Positions 9,973-18,043 of a stretch of 64,000 nucleotides of DNA are shown here, piece after piece. Below the pieces are notes generated by a model. It was not told where the DNA came from and ran no database searches. It worked only from the letters and a program-made list of their open reading frames with translations. The DNA is from Bacilli bacterium. GTDB taxonomy: Bacteria > Bacillota_I > Bacilli_A > RF39 > UBA660. A program made the translations under genes and the position numbers. The stretch lies in contig JAFXHG010000038.1 in NCBI GenBank assembly GCA_017536505.1, positions 65,163-129,162 of the forward strand, read 5' to 3'. Each line of letters opens with the position of its first letter. Positions within the stretch are counted from its first letter, which is position 1.

Positions 9973-10190
9973 CTATATCAATACCACAAATATTTCAACC
10001 CTGGTATCCGGATCTATCAAACGACTATTAGCTAAATAGTTCCATAGGAATTTCACCTCTTTATAGTTCTTATAAAGTTGCACCCATTGCTTGAATCTGT
10101 GGCTATGCAAAAGTATCTTTAACCCCATTATTAATCTTCGCATTATTAAGAGCTACTTAATATTTATAACCAAGTATTTATCGTCAAGCG
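9973..10190 (-). other. orphan transcription unit or leader: promoter-like TTGACG...TGGTTATAAAT, then a 56-codon ORF without SD (9973-10143)
   Basis: Locally GC-richer segment with several short hairpins; the ORF MRRLIMGLKILLHSHRFKQW... has no Shine-Dalgarno; it ends 17 nt before the terminator at 9933-9956. Confidence 0.25.
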
Positions 10191-10272
10191 TACTTGTTAT
10201 AGTGCTTATAATAATAGGAACGTATTTGATAGATAATTTATTTAATTGTCAAATTTCTATCCCTAAAACGAG

Positions 10273-10309
10273 ATATAGTGAGAGTTAATTTTTTTTCCTC
10301 TCACTATAT
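10273..10309 (-). terminator. intrinsic terminator after the sigma-like gene
   Basis: Perfect 12-bp stem ATATAGTGAGAG/CTCTCACTATAT; CTCGTTTT follows on the minus strand. Confidence 0.6.
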
Positions 10310-10335
10310 ACCTCACTCAAACCCAAAATTTCAAA

Positions 10336-10818
10336 CTAAATTTTTAAATTTTTTAAAATTTCTTTTAATTTTAGTAAAGATCTTTCAATCCCCATATGAA
10401 CTGCTTGAAAAGAAACACCTTCTTCTTTAGCTATTTCTTCTAATGTCTTATTTTGAAAATAATATTTAAGCAGTCTTCTTTTTTGATTTTCTGATAACAT
10501 ATTGATTGCTTTTTGTAATTTTTCACTCATCATCTTCTTTTCTACTATATCTTCCACAGTTTCATTTTTTACAACAGAATTTCTATAAATAAATTCTTCT
10601 GTCATTTCATTATTGTCATAATGTCTATCTCTTTCATTCATCTGTTTTATATCAGTTAATTCAGAACGATTAAATACATCATATACTTCTTTTGATATAT
10701 TAACTTTCTCCTCTTTACTATTAAAATTAAAAACCACTATATAAGTATTATTTGATTCATTATAATTTATATTATAAGGATTATCTCTATATTTTCTTCT
10801 TTTTGGACTATTTTCCAT
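10336..10818 (-). CDS. sigma-70 region-4 type HTH regulator (small sigma-like protein common on Firmicute conjugative elements)
   Basis: C-terminus LSENQKRRLLKYYFQNKTLEEIAKEEGVSFQAVHMGIERSLLKLK matches region 4; AGGAGG RBS favours the ATG at 10818. Confidence 0.7.
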   Translation of the reverse strand: MENSPKRRKYRDNPYNINYNESNNTYIVVFNFNSKEEKVNISKEVYDVFNRSELTDIKQMNERDRHYDNNEMTEEFIYRNSVVKNETVEDIVEKKMMSEKLQKAINMLSENQKRRLLKYYFQNKTLEEIAKEEGVSFQAVHMGIERSLLKLKEILKNLKI

Positions 10819-10900
10819 ATTCTTACCTCCTATCAATCCAAATTTTTAGTTTGAATTAATAAGAGGTGGTCCTCTAATCAAATAAAAATATACAAAAAAA

Positions 10901-10937
10901 ACGCCATATATATTAGAAATTCTAATATATACGGCGC
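10901..10937 (-). terminator. strong intrinsic terminator
   Basis: ~17-bp near-perfect stem CGCCGTATATATTAGAA/TTCTAATATATATGGCG followed by T8 on the minus strand. Confidence 0.65.
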
Positions 10938-10978
10938 AAAAGTCCTTTTCATTTTTTTGAATTATAAAATTATTAAAA

Positions 10979-11074
10979 TCAACTATATAAACAACAGTAG
11001 TGTAGTACCTTACATTGATAAGTATTTTTTTTTACAGTACAACTAACAACAATTACTACACTTCCATCAATCAT
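10979..11074 (-). CDS. unannotated 31-aa Cys-rich/hydrophobic small ORF (MIDGSVVIVVSCTVKKNTYQCKVLHYCCLYS)
   Basis: AAGGGTGTGG SD-like element upstream of the ATG, TTTACA-N16/17-TATATT promoter-like element upstream, terminator 10901-10937 downstream. Confidence 0.35.
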   Translation of the reverse strand: MIDGSVVIVVSCTVKKNTYQCKVLHYCCLYS

Positions 11075-11170
11075 ACAAACCACACCCTTATATTATCATT
11101 TTAATATAAAACTTAACATAAAAGTGTAAAGTTCGTACCAAAGATACATTTAAACGCTTAAAAAGAAAAA

Positions 11171-11191
11171 ATGCAAATAATTTATTTGCAT
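11171..11191 (-). terminator. intrinsic terminator after the XRE gene
   Basis: Palindrome ATGCAAATAA-T-TTATTTGCAT followed by a T-run on the minus strand. Confidence 0.55.
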
Positions 11192-11217
11192 AATATCACC
11201 TTTCATACATTATTTCA

Positions 11218-11484
11218 TTATTCTACTCCACAAGATATTTTATCATAATCTGGATTTTGTATTAAATCATCAAGAGAAACACCTAATACTACTGATATTC
11301 TATATAATGTATCTACTGAAAAATTATAAGCTATTTTCTCACTTTGAATTTGTCTTATAAATTCGTGTGATAATCCAACCATTTCAGCTAATTCTGATGA
11401 TGTCATATTTTTTTCCAATCTATACCTCCTTATATTTTTTCTAATTGTATCATATATATTTGGGTCAAAACTTACTTCTTTCAT
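11218..11484 (-). CDS. XRE-family helix-turn-helix transcriptional regulator
   Basis: IRRYRLEKNMTSSELAEMVGLSHEFIRQIQSEK is an HTH_3-type motif. Confidence 0.8.
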   Translation of the reverse strand: MKEVSFDPNIYDTIRKNIRRYRLEKNMTSSELAEMVGLSHEFIRQIQSEKIAYNFSVDTLYRISVVLGVSLDDLIQNPDYDKISCGVE

Positions 11485-11552
11485 TATACCACCTATTTCA
11501 ATTTTAAAACTAATTTATTTCAAAATATGTAAGGTGATACCTTATACATATA

Positions 11553-11584
11553 TAAAAAAATATGTTAATTAATAACTAACATAT
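11553..11584 (-). terminator. intrinsic terminator closing the six-gene operon
   Basis: 8-bp stem ATATGTTA/TAACATAT followed by T7 on the minus strand, 43 nt after the HIT-like stop codon. Confidence 0.5.
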
Positions 11585-11626
11585 TTAAGACTATTAAAAA
11601 ATAAATAATTTAAAATAATTTTTTTA

Positions 11627-12070
11627 TTATTTAACATTATCTACATTAAATTCTTGTTTCATCATTTTAAATATTTCTTTTCTTTCTTCTTCAGTATATG
11701 GGTCCTTTTGGGATTTAAATTTACTTAAATTCCATTTCCAAAAATTATATCCAAAATGTCTATCCACATATTTTTTATTAAATAAAATAAGTGGTTCTTT
11801 ATATCTCGGAACAAAATGATAATGTACTTTTGGTTTTTCATTATCCCTATAAGCGTTATTCATTAAACAACAGAAATTGAACATTGTTGCTCCAAAAACT
11901 TTCTTACAAACTCTTTCAAGCTCTTTTTCTAACTTTCCTAATTCTTCCCAAGCTTCAGATGATAAATCACTTAAAGACTCTTTTTCATTTCCAATTATAC
12001 AATATCCAGGATGATCTTGACACCATACTCCAAAAATTATATCCCAATTCTTACCTTTATATAATTCCAT
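11627..12070 (-). CDS. HIT-like (histidine-triad fold) protein with variant triad K-V-H-Y-H-F-V-P-R
   Basis: DHPGYCIIGNEKE...SSEAWEELGKL...NFCCLMNNA...VHYHFVPRY follows the HIT layout (HPGH...N.G...HxHxHxxPR). The first His is replaced. Confidence 0.55.
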   Translation of the reverse strand: MELYKGKNWDIIFGVWCQDHPGYCIIGNEKESLSDLSSEAWEELGKLEKELERVCKKVFGATMFNFCCLMNNAYRDNEKPKVHYHFVPRYKEPLILFNKKYVDRHFGYNFWKWNLSKFKSQKDPYTEEERKEIFKMMKQEFNVDNVK

Positions 12071-12082
12071 AATCTCACCTCT

Positions 12083-12751
12083 TTAAATATGTTTTCCACC
12101 AAATAAGCCTTTTTCATCAGCTGACATTTCATACTTAATCATTTGTTTAGGAGCTATTCCGTATAATTGTGAATAATAACTAACTATCGAGTCCCAAATG
12201 CGATGTTTTTTATCATCAAAATATAATTGTTGAAATGAAGTTTTTCTTCTTGCTGTCGCTAATTTTTTCCAATCCTCGCTATTTAAAGAATCAAAACAGT
12301 AAATTTGTTCATCTGAAAATTGGCAACCACTTGGATCAAATACAGGACAAAAATTAGGATTAAAAAAAGATTTTTCTATATCCCTACAATATATACAATG
12401 TATTAACTTTGGTGTAAATATTGAATTCCAATCCCATCCTGTTTCATAATATTCCCTGAACATAGGAATAGATGGATCTGCTTTTCCATCACGGTGAATT
12501 CTATCTCTAAAATATCTTTTAGGGATTTTAACAACTACTACAGCATTATATTCTTCCCCCTGGCCTAAATAGGATAACATTTCTTCTTCTAAACCATTAT
12601 TCAATAAATTTTTCTCATCGACCTTCGCTAACGTAGAATTTATATTATAATGATATTTACTTTTTAATCCTTCATTAAATAAGCTTTCTATCATTTCAGG
12701 GTTAGATATTTTTGTTTTATGTAAATAATAATAATAATCTTCGTTTTTCAT
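12083..12751 (-). CDS. hypothetical protein (222 aa), operon member
   Basis: Long ORF 1 nt downstream of the preceding gene; no recognised domain; contains motifs YYLHKT...NEGL and FREYYE...IFTPKLIHCIY. Confidence 0.6.
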   Translation of the reverse strand: MKNEDYYYYLHKTKISNPEMIESLFNEGLKSKYHYNINSTLAKVDEKNLLNNGLEEEMLSYLGQGEEYNAVVVVKIPKRYFRDRIHRDGKADPSIPMFREYYETGWDWNSIFTPKLIHCIYCRDIEKSFFNPNFCPVFDPSGCQFSDEQIYCFDSLNSEDWKKLATARRKTSFQQLYFDDKKHRIWDSIVSYYSQLYGIAPKQMIKYEMSADEKGLFGGKHI

Positions 12752-12752
12752 T

Positions 12753-14603
12753 TTATTCTCCCTTTACTCTAGGAATGTTCCAAGGTAATCCCATTATTTG
12801 TCCTGGATTTTGTTCTAGTATTTTTATATTATACTGACTACACAATGATAATACTTTTTCGCAAATAATAAATTTATCTTGCTCATTAATTGTATAATTA
12901 TTAAAATATTGTGAGAAAACAAATTGACTATTACTTGGTAAATCTTTTATTATTTCAAATATTTTATATGAAATATTTGTTAGATAATCCTGTGGTGTTT
13001 CTACTTTATTTAAATTATCATTTGAATTATGTAATAAAATAATGCACCAAGATAAGAAATCATTATTTAAAGATTGTTCTATTTGACATTGTTCTATTTC
13101 TATATTTTTATAAATATTAACATAATCTGCCACTATTTTTTTAGCATAATCATCGATTGTACTTGCCTGTAAAACAATTAAATCATCTAATAAATCAAAA
13201 TATTGATTATATTTTACATCAAAATCATTTTTACTATTAAATATTAAATCAATTTTTGGGACAACATTTAAAAGATTAAGTTGTATATTATTTGATAATA
13301 ATGTTTCAGGTTCAATTTTATATTCAAATTTTCCATTGTTTTTATCAATAATGACATATCCCCCATTATAAACTTCAGAATTGTGTTGAGTATTTGAAAT
13401 TAAAATCAAGCATTTTAATTTACCATAAGATATAGGTAAAGGTAAAGATAAAAATTTACTATTACCATATTCAGTTCCAGCAAACATATTAAATTCTTCT
13501 ATAGTTTTTTTATATAAGTTTTTTGAAGAATAAACATTTTCAATATTTTTTATTCTTGATTCTAATTTATTTATCATAGATAATAAAATACTTTTTTCAT
13601 CATTTGAAATATATACAGAATATTCATACCCTTTATCAACTAAAGGATGTGGATACTTATCGGACTCTATAACTTCATAAATATCATAAAAGCTTTCTTC
13701 AAATTTATCTTCATTTATATATTTTACAAATTCCTCTATACAATATTTTGCCCTTCTACACGGAATATAAGATTGTTCTATCCCATCAGTGTTTAATAAT
13801 TCTTCTTTTATTATTTTTAATTCTGCAAGAATAAAATCATTGATTGTAGAAAATTCTTTTCTCTTATCATATCCAGGAGTTAAGTATTTTATTTTATCCA
13901 AAAGATTCTCTCTATTTATATATGCCTTGCCTAAAATTATTTTTTCTTTCTTAATATTATCCTGATAAATTTGCTCTATCTCATCCTCATCATAAATTCC
14001 ATTTTTATAACATTCCATTTTTGATATTGCAATTCTCAATTCTTTTCTTAATGCCTTAAATTCAGGTGTTTGCATACTCCAAGTTTCTACTAAATTTGCT
14101 ACTATTCTTTTATTTATATCATCTATAACTTTTTGGTGTTCTTTTATTTTTTCTCTATCTAGTTTACTTTCTATTTCTTCTTGTTGTTTTTTTATTTCTT
14201 CTTTAACAAATATATCAGCATTTTTTTCTAATTGTTTTCTAGTTTGATTTTTAATTTTTTCTTGTAATTTTTTTATCAAGCTCTCATCATTTTTTCTATA
14301 TGCTTCAGCTAATTGTTTTGTTAAGTCTTCAACTTTTTCATTTATAGGTTGAAATTCATTATTATTTTCACTTGAGATATTTTGTTTTTCTTTTATTAAT
14401 CTATTTAATTCTTCTAGATATAAACGACTAACTTTTACAAATGTATCAATATCTTCTATTGGTATCATAGAAGTAATTTCATTTCTTAATATTTTTTCTT
14501 TATTTAAAATATCATTTTCTAAAACTTCTTTTTTTATAATCAATTCATTTAAACTTTTATCTTTATTTTGTTCTCTATAAGTTTGTGGGCTTATCATTTG
14601 CAT
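12753..14603 (-). CDS. hypothetical protein (616 aa) with N-terminal coiled-coil-like region, operon member
   Basis: Residues ~20-220 are E/K/Q/L/I-rich and heptad-like; the C-terminal ~400 aa have no recognised motif. Confidence 0.6.
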   Translation of the reverse strand: MQMISPQTYREQNKDKSLNELIIKKEVLENDILNKEKILRNEITSMIPIEDIDTFVKVSRLYLEELNRLIKEKQNISSENNNEFQPINEKVEDLTKQLAEAYRKNDESLIKKLQEKIKNQTRKQLEKNADIFVKEEIKKQQEEIESKLDREKIKEHQKVIDDINKRIVANLVETWSMQTPEFKALRKELRIAISKMECYKNGIYDEDEIEQIYQDNIKKEKIILGKAYINRENLLDKIKYLTPGYDKRKEFSTINDFILAELKIIKEELLNTDGIEQSYIPCRRAKYCIEEFVKYINEDKFEESFYDIYEVIESDKYPHPLVDKGYEYSVYISNDEKSILLSMINKLESRIKNIENVYSSKNLYKKTIEEFNMFAGTEYGNSKFLSLPLPISYGKLKCLILISNTQHNSEVYNGGYVIIDKNNGKFEYKIEPETLLSNNIQLNLLNVVPKIDLIFNSKNDFDVKYNQYFDLLDDLIVLQASTIDDYAKKIVADYVNIYKNIEIEQCQIEQSLNNDFLSWCIILLHNSNDNLNKVETPQDYLTNISYKIFEIIKDLPSNSQFVFSQYFNNYTINEQDKFIICEKVLSLCSQYNIKILEQNPGQIMGLPWNIPRVKGE

Positions 14604-14622
14604 TAAAATTCACCTCTTAATA

Positions 14623-17187
14623 TTATCTTTTTATACCTACAGTTTGTTCTTCAATAAATTCTTCTTCTACAACATTTTCATCTTCTTTAACATCTTTATT
14701 AGTAGTAATGCCTAATTGTTGTTTTTGATAAAGTAATTGCTCTCTTTTTTCTCTTTCGTTTTGAGCATTTATTTTCATTTCACTTATTCTTTTCTCTATT
14801 TCAGCTAATCTAGCTTCCATATCTTTTTGTTTTGATAAATCAGTTAATTCATAGCCGTTTGGCTCTATAGTTCTTAACTTTGACTTATAATCATCTAAAG
14901 TCATACCATCAATTCCAAAATTAGATAAGAAATTTGCAACTTGTCCATTTATAAAACTTTCTTCATATTTTATTTCATCTTTACTTAATTCAATAGTTCT
15001 TTCTAATTTTTCAATTTCATTGTTAATATCTTTTATTTTAAATTCTAACTCTTGAATTTTAGAATAAGATGTAATTTTACTAATAAATCCTTTTTCTAAT
15101 TGTTGTTTTTCAAAACTTAATTGAGTTTGTTGACTCCTTAATTCTCTTATTTGTTCTTCTGCTGTTTTAATAGTTGTATTTAATCCATCAATCTTTGTAG
15201 CACTATCTCTTTGTAATTGTTCTAATCCAGTTATAGCAGATGAACCATCTAAAATTCTTCTATTACTTCCTAATTCATTAATTCCATTTATTAGTTCTTG
15301 TCTAATTGCAATTAAATCATTATAATTAGTTATTTCTCTATCTAAATGTGCTACATCTATAAATGTTCTACTATTTTCAGCAACCCTATCTAATTCTGGT
15401 GTACTTAATTCATATTGATTAACTTTACTGATAGTAGCATTAGTTATATACCCATTACATTTTACATCTATAACTCTTTTTGCGTGTTCTAATCTTTCAG
15501 TTGTTAGATCTGAAGATAAAGAAACTTGTTCTAGCATCTGTTCTTTTTCTTGTTCTATTTGCTCTTTTGTTTTGTAGCCTGTAATTGCATCTATAACTTT
15601 ATCTCCAACCTTTATTTTTTCTATTACAAAAGGTGTGTAATTTTGCATTATTTCATTTGAAATGTTATTACTTTGATAAATCCAATTTTCAGGCGATAAA
15701 TCTAATGAATTTTCATTAATCATTAACTTATTAAGTTCTTCAGCTCTTTTTGTTAATGTATCCATTTCACTTTGTATTTTTGTTTGCAATTCTACATTAT
15801 CTGTAGAATTTAAAGCTTCTTGTAAATTTTTAATAGATTCTACTATTATTTTCATTTCTTCAGCATTTGAATAAAAATTTATCATCTTATCTCTTTTTAT
15901 ATTAGTTAATTGAGTAAATTGTTCAAATAATTCACTTTTATTTATACCTTTGCCACTTCTTTTAGCTTGTAAGAATATATCAACTATATTATCTTGATAT
16001 AAAGATAAATAACTATTAACCATTGTTTTAAGAGATTGATCTTGAATACCTTTTGATTCAAAATATTGTATTAAAAAATCTTCTGCAAATTTCCTTTGTT
16101 CTGAAATAGTCATAGCTTCTACATCAGTTAAATAAATACCTTGATTATCTTTAGTTCTATATAAAGATATATCAATTTCAATAAGTGGTAATCCATATTG
16201 TTCAGCCAATTGTTTCGCTTGTCTATAATCTCTGTTTAACTCGTTTTCTCCAAAAGTGATGCAATATACAGCAGTAGGATTTACTCCTTTACTTGTATCA
16301 AGTAATATTTCATTATGATTAAATCCTTTTTGATGGACTAATTTTTGTCCATTATTTTGCATAGATAAATTTGTAGTATAACTTTCAAGTAGTTCAGGAG
16401 TAATTAAAGAAGAATTTTCCCTATTTAAACATAACTTCTCTCCATACCTACTCTCATAACTATCTAAATCTCTATATCCAGATGTTATTATATTAGATTC
16501 ATAAGGTAATACAAAACCATATTTATATGCTCCAAATAAACACATTTCTTGATCTGTGATAAGAGAGCAAGATAATCTACTATCCCTTCCATAATTACCT
16601 AATTGTTTACCATTCATTTCATCACTAGAAATATTATGTACAATGAATTTAAATGGCTCACCTTGCTTAAAATCAGCTCCATTTGTAATTGAATTTGCCC
16701 AAACTTTATCTATAACAGATTTTAAATCTTGTTCTACTCTCATTAAAATATCGTCGTTTATTTGATTATTATTAATCATTACAGAAAGTTGATAATAATA
16801 TGAATATAATTTATAAAGCTCTTGATTAGTTAAATTTTTTCTTAATTGTGAATTTTCAAAAACATTTTGTATAGAATCACAAACAGTTTTACTTCTCTTA
16901 TCAATACCTTCTATTGTAATTGCACTATAATTAGGTTGCCACACTTTACTAATACTAGGTATTGTTCTAACTGTTAATAAAGTTGTCTCCATATTACGAT
17001 TTATAATTTCCATTAATCTTTCATATTTTACATTATCTTCTATCCACATATCATTTAATACGCTTTTGTATTCATCCAAATATTCTCTAGCTACATCACT
17101 ATAACCATAGTTATTTTTTAAAATATGAAAATTAAAACTATTTTGAAATTGATTTCTTATGTTTTCTATTTGTGTTTTATAATCCAT
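14623..17187 (-). CDS. hypothetical large protein (~854-857 aa): N-terminal globular region plus ~400-aa C-terminal coiled coil, operon member
   Basis: The track start at 17196 is a GTG; AGGTGA-N5-ATG favours 17187. No Walker A, HNH or HEXXH motif. H187/Y224/Y226/E296 motif spacing is noted in the findings. Confidence 0.6.
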   Translation of the reverse strand: MDYKTQIENIRNQFQNSFNFHILKNNYGYSDVAREYLDEYKSVLNDMWIEDNVKYERLMEIINRNMETTLLTVRTIPSISKVWQPNYSAITIEGIDKRSKTVCDSIQNVFENSQLRKNLTNQELYKLYSYYYQLSVMINNNQINDDILMRVEQDLKSVIDKVWANSITNGADFKQGEPFKFIVHNISSDEMNGKQLGNYGRDSRLSCSLITDQEMCLFGAYKYGFVLPYESNIITSGYRDLDSYESRYGEKLCLNRENSSLITPELLESYTTNLSMQNNGQKLVHQKGFNHNEILLDTSKGVNPTAVYCITFGENELNRDYRQAKQLAEQYGLPLIEIDISLYRTKDNQGIYLTDVEAMTISEQRKFAEDFLIQYFESKGIQDQSLKTMVNSYLSLYQDNIVDIFLQAKRSGKGINKSELFEQFTQLTNIKRDKMINFYSNAEEMKIIVESIKNLQEALNSTDNVELQTKIQSEMDTLTKRAEELNKLMINENSLDLSPENWIYQSNNISNEIMQNYTPFVIEKIKVGDKVIDAITGYKTKEQIEQEKEQMLEQVSLSSDLTTERLEHAKRVIDVKCNGYITNATISKVNQYELSTPELDRVAENSRTFIDVAHLDREITNYNDLIAIRQELINGINELGSNRRILDGSSAITGLEQLQRDSATKIDGLNTTIKTAEEQIRELRSQQTQLSFEKQQLEKGFISKITSYSKIQELEFKIKDINNEIEKLERTIELSKDEIKYEESFINGQVANFLSNFGIDGMTLDDYKSKLRTIEPNGYELTDLSKQKDMEARLAEIEKRISEMKINAQNEREKREQLLYQKQQLGITTNKDVKEDENVVEEEFIEEQTVGIKR

Positions 17188-17196
17188 TTTTATCAC

Positions 17197-18042
17197 CTAA
17201 ATCATAATAACTTTTCCATCTAAATTACATATATAACAATCAGGAAAATGTTTTTTTAACATTTCTAATTTCTCTTTATTCTTTTCAAAATCTCTACCTA
17301 CTAAAATACCCTCAATTAAATTTTCAGGAATACCAAAGATAATAGCTCCCTCACGATTAGTTGTAAAATCATCTCTTTTTCCATAAATATATTTATTCCT
17401 AAACCATTTAGCAATAAAAGATTTTAAAACCTTTTTATCAAAATTTAAATTGAAAATATCATTTTCTATTAACTTTTTTGTTAATTTGTCTTTTGTATTT
17501 ATTATAAATCCAACTTGAACTCTATTATATGCTAAAGAAGGCATAAATCTTATCTCTTTTGTTTGTTCCATAGACCAATTCCAACAGTCTTCTAAATTAT
17601 TAACAAATTCATCTATTTCTTTATATGGTATTAATTTTGTATAATGTTCTTTTGTAGATAATGAATAAACTTTAATTGTACCACCACTATATAAATCTAT
17701 ATAATCTTTCAATAATATATCTTTCTGTATATTCCACACAGGTATAGTTAATGGTGTTTTTTGATTCTTATTATATTTTTTTGTTATATCAGGACTAACA
17801 AATCCATTTTCAGATATAAACTTTAATCTTTCTTCTGTTAAATCTACAAGTGCACCTTCACCCCTCATAAACGTACCTTTACTTAAAATCACATTATCAT
17901 TAAGCTTATAGTTATGCTTTTCTTGTTTTAAATTATTTTTAATTAAGTAATAATTTTCCATTTGTTTTTTGAATAACATAAAACTTTTTTTATTAAACTT
18001 AAAGATATTTCTTAACCTATTTATATAAAACTCTTTATTCAT
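17197..18042 (-). CDS. hypothetical protein (281 aa), operon member
   Basis: ORF starts 1 nt after the phosphatase gene and ends abutting the next gene; no recognised domain. Confidence 0.6.
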   Translation of the reverse strand: MNKEFYINRLRNIFKFNKKSFMLFKKQMENYYLIKNNLKQEKHNYKLNDNVILSKGTFMRGEGALVDLTEERLKFISENGFVSPDITKKYNKNQKTPLTIPVWNIQKDILLKDYIDLYSGGTIKVYSLSTKEHYTKLIPYKEIDEFVNNLEDCWNWSMEQTKEIRFMPSLAYNRVQVGFIINTKDKLTKKLIENDIFNLNFDKKVLKSFIAKWFRNKYIYGKRDDFTTNREGAIIFGIPENLIEGILVGRDFEKNKEKLEMLKKHFPDCYICNLDGKVIMI

Positions 18043-18043
18043 T

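Noticed and set aside
10091-10288. A 65-codon plus-strand ORF with a hydrophobic core (SSSVLVIVLIIIGTYLI), considered as a type I toxin.
   Set aside because: It has a TTG start with no Shine-Dalgarno and no plus-strand promoter or T-tailed terminator, and it runs antisense through the minus-strand leader region. It is most likely a chance frame.
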